Positions 60,801 to 64,000 of a DNA stretch of 64,000 nt are shown here, piece by piece (within the stretch, counting starts at the first letter, position 1; every line of letters begins with the position of its first letter). A model generated the notes under the pieces. The model was given only the letters and a program-made list of their open reading frames with translations. It was not told where the DNA came from and ran no database searches. Source of the stretch: Takakia lepidozioides (taxonomy: Eukaryota > Plantae > Bryophyta); assembly GCA_030704615.1 (NCBI GenBank), contig CM060731.1, forward strand, positions 39,184,001-39,248,000, given 5' to 3'. The position numbers and the translations under genes are program-made.

Positions 60801-63800
60801 CATTGCAGAGATTGGCCACAGACGCAGACGACGAAATAGTGCAAGAGGATATTGAGCCATGTGTGTCAAAGAACCGGCATCCAGCAGTGCACATTAAGAA
60901 CTTAAGGAAAGTGTATGCTGGGGGAAAGGTGGCAGTGGATGGTCTCACGTTGGAGTTCTTTGAAGATCATATCACCGCATTGCTGGGTCACAACGGTGCG
61001 GGAAAGTCAACCGCCATATCCATGCTCACTGGTCTGATCCGACCCACAGCTGGGGATGCATACATCTGGGGCCACAGTGTCCGGAGCAACATGAAAGACA
61101 TCAGAAGGTTCTCTTTTCTCATTCTTATAATTTCTGGAACTCTCTCTCTTATAAAGTACCAGTTCATTTCATTTCATTTCTTTTATGGTTTGTGGAACTT
61201 CTGAAATTTCTTCCAAAAATGAGGAAAATTCCTTCTTTCACTGCCCTTTATACTATGAGATCCATGTAAGAGTCAACTGGCTATTCTGGGATACCCAATC
61301 TCTCACGGAGGTCTTCCGTTACGAGAATCAGAAATACTTGGCAGCTTACCTGCATGAAGCGGTGACTCTTAGAGAATCCCTTGAGCTGTAGTTGCCTTTG
61401 GGCTGTTTGTGGTCCCATAAGCTCTTTGAGCTTTCTGTGGACGTTATGAAGTATCATTTCATGTGTTTTTTCCTTTCTGTATTTCTTCTCTATGCGGGTT
61501 ATTGGGCAAACCACACACAGCAGATTGATGCTTGTGTAAAGGGATTTCTAGAGGATATCTGGAAAACTCAGATGAGGAATGATGTTGTGAGGACTGGCAA
61601 GGCAACACACCTTCTAGCCCAGTGTGAGTGCATCTAATTTAATGAGATCTCAGAAGGTGGGGTGTAGTGCATCACAAGCTATATTTAACAGCTGTCTGGG
61701 ATTCTGTCTAATGGTTGCTAGTCAACTGGCCTGCCAACAGGACAATAGGTGTTTGTCCACAGCAGAATGTGCTCTTCAGCTACTTAACTGTGGAGGAGCA
61801 TCTGCAGCTGTTTGCTGTGTTGAAGGGAGTCCCCAAACTGTACATAGCACAGGCAGTGAAGAATATGGTTGCAAGGCTGGGACTAACTGACAAGATGCAC
61901 TCATGTGCTTCAAGTCTGTCAGGCGGCATGCAGCGCAAACTACAGGTATATTCTAAGTGCAGTTTTTAAACCAAGCCAAAACAGGGTCATGGTTGAGTTG
62001 TTTCATTGACTATTCAAGTTAGGGTGAACATCAGCGACTCCCTCTGGTGACTTTTTCTGCAAATCCCCACATTTTATTTATTTGGAAACAATGACATGAA
62101 GAAAGACTGGAAGCTCAAACAGCTTATGGCACTAAGAAAAGTAGGAAACAAGATAATACTTATTTATTTATTTAATCACATGCACTACAGGTTCTAGTAG
62201 CTTGTGGGACCAACAAGAGGATAAGAGGAAATACATTAGATCACCATCCACAAGAAGCCATAGGAGAAGATAAAGATGCAAGATAGGTAGACACCCAGAG
62301 AAGTTGTGGGACAAGTAGAGAGTGGAAGTAAAAGCATTATGTCCACTGACATAGGAAGAAATTATTTCTCTAAGAAAACACTTGTTGAAGTGGGAAAATG
62401 TGGAGGGTTTCACCTGTTTTTGGTGGATTCAGGTGGGACTTGCAATGATAGGCGGATCAAGAGTTGTGTTTCTGGATGAACCCACTTCTGGCCTAGACCC
62501 GCAGTCAAGGCGAGGTGTGTGGGAGCTACTGCGTACATTTAAACCAGGGCGAGCAATCATCCTGACCACCCATTACATGGATGAGGCAGATTTGCTGTGT
62601 GACCGTATCGCCATAATGAGTGAAGGCCGACTCAGATGCTGTGGCAGCAGCCTTTTCCTCAAGGTACCTACCATCTTGTATATATTCTTGCAAGGTAGTG
62701 TCTCTTGATTTTTAGAAAGCCACTTCTATATCAGTTGTGATTTCTGCAGTAATCAATCAGAGGATTCATGGTACAAATTTCAGTAAATGAAATATTCTTC
62801 CTTACACATACTTGTTACTTTAAGCTGCCATTGTTCTGACGAAAGACCACAGTTAACACTAAGGGGGTGGGGCAGGCCAAATTCGGAGTGGGGTACAATT
62901 TGACCATGACTCGGAGCAGTACCGCCTGCAGTGATTCAAAAGTCTCACAGTTGGTGCGTCAACATATTCCTGAATCTGTTCTTTTGAGCTCAGCGGGAGG
63001 AGAAATGGCATTCCAGCTACCGCTTTCCAACAAGGGAGCATTTGCCCAACTCTTCCATGATCTTGAGCAGCAGAAGGAGGCACTGCACATTGGCAGCTAT
63101 GGGGTATCCATGACAACGTTGGAGGAAGTATTCCTGCGCTTGGCTGGTGATGGTCATACATCAAACCACTCTGCAAGCCCTATCCTTTCGGGCCTTCCAC
63201 ATTCTGAGCATGATGAGAGCCAGAGTGAGACACTCACATTAGGACAGCGTCCAATTTTACATGTAACAGGGATAGCCTTACAGACAAATTCTCCTGTGCA
63301 TGTAAGCACAAATGGTCATCAGAATGGAGTGCAAAATTGGCCAGTAGGATGGATGTCGAATGGAAGAGCTAACAGTAAACACAATGGCCATCACGAGGAA
63401 ATTCCAAATTACAGGAATGTCTACACAAATAAGAATAGACAAAGCAGCTTTGGAAGGGCATTTCTCCAGATGTTCAAGAAGCGTGTCCTGATAGCAAGAC
63501 GTGATTTGAAGGTATGTCAATCACTTTAGCTGTGTGTTCCTGGTAGAGTTCAGCAGCTTTACAGCTAAATGCGTCTTCTCATGTCTGGCTGAGATTTAGA
63601 AGCTTCTCTACTTATTTTGACATCCTTTAGAGAGCTGAGTGGAAGCTATCTAGGGATGCTTATTACAGTTGATGGTTGATCATCCTGTACTCTTTATACA
63701 GGATATCTTTGATATCTTCTATTTATGTGTAGGTGGTACATGGTGTGGTTTGTAGAGAAGTCACATTTAGAGAAAATCTTTGGAGGCTGTTGAGGGTTCG

Positions 63801-64000
63801 TTTGGGAATTGAACTAGGTAGGTGGTGATTTTTTGCAGGGTTTGGCGAATTCAATACTTCTCCCTGTATTTGTCATTGCATTCGTTATGTTGATTCTGAA
63901 GCTCAACATTGACCCAGCAGGGCCAGAACTACAGCTTAGTTTTGGCATGTACAGGCCCTTGCTCAGAAGCAAGGCCTTACCTCAAAAGACCATTATTCCT
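51858..64000 (+). CDS. ABCA1: ABC transporter subfamily A (full-size, ABCA1-like), multi-exon, 5' half; continues beyond the window
   Basis: Approximate exons: 51858-52076 ([13 protein letters not shown]), 52883-53095 ([16 protein letters not shown]), ~53280-53601, several small exons to ~56121 ([18 protein letters not shown]), 56435-56564 (AAFPVSAY), 57805-57903 ([18 protein letters not shown]), 59394-59563, 60151-60287, 60550-60663 ([11 protein letters not shown]), 60809-61107 (Walker [10 protein letters not shown]), 61741-61945 ([20 protein letters not shown]), 62433-62663 ([30 protein letters not shown]), 62876-63511 ([23 protein letters not shown]), 63839 onward. No obvious lesions. Confidence 0.95.
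59063..59133 (-). mobile_element. 37 bp intronic retroposon-end insertion with 17 bp target-site duplication
   Basis: CCTGGTGGATGCTAAGA at 59063-59079 and 59117-59133 flank a sequence identical to 11427-11463. Confidence 0.85.
61200..61570 (+). mobile_element. Intronic LINE 3' fragments
   Basis: [16 protein letters not shown]...YLAAYL (LINE C-terminus) plus a 3' UTR that has an inverted relative at ~62170-62225. 61502-61567 matches the CACACACAGCAGATTGATGCTTGTGT segment of the 21.5-23 kb LINE. Confidence 0.65.

Overview
Eukaryotic land-plant genomic DNA: it has spliceosomal introns, PLS/DYW-type PPR debris, UGT and B3 remnants and plant TE families. A bryophyte, lycophyte or fern origin is plausible but cannot be proven from this window. 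The first ~50 kb is a transposon and pseudogene graveyard. In order it holds a decayed Ty1/copia pol (minus) interrupted by a CACTA/En-Spm element with an intron-containing transposase, and an uninterrupted SET-domain ORF just 5' of that transposase. Next come a gag-only LTR retroelement whose LTR-like region holds a short direct-repeat array, a foldback-like element filled with LINE 3' fragments, and an L1 ORF1 remnant. A ~7 kb AT-rich Helentron/Helitron2-type element (OTU protease + DUF6570-like + Rep + PIF1 + AP endonuclease) follows. PPR/E/DYW fragments are scattered through the region, with a 5'-truncated Ubc6-type E2 fragment and a ~3 kb block (UGT pseudogene + B3 pseudogene) present twice. 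The last ~12 kb holds the 5' half of an apparently intact multi-exon full-size ABCA transporter gene that runs off the window. The best novelty candidates are the SET-domain ORF that may be CACTA cargo, the OTU+endonuclease Helentron in a plant, and an unidentified protein module ending EGTFF...PVxPSxxxRP* shuffled with PPR pieces. Coordinates were read by eye and boundaries are approximate.
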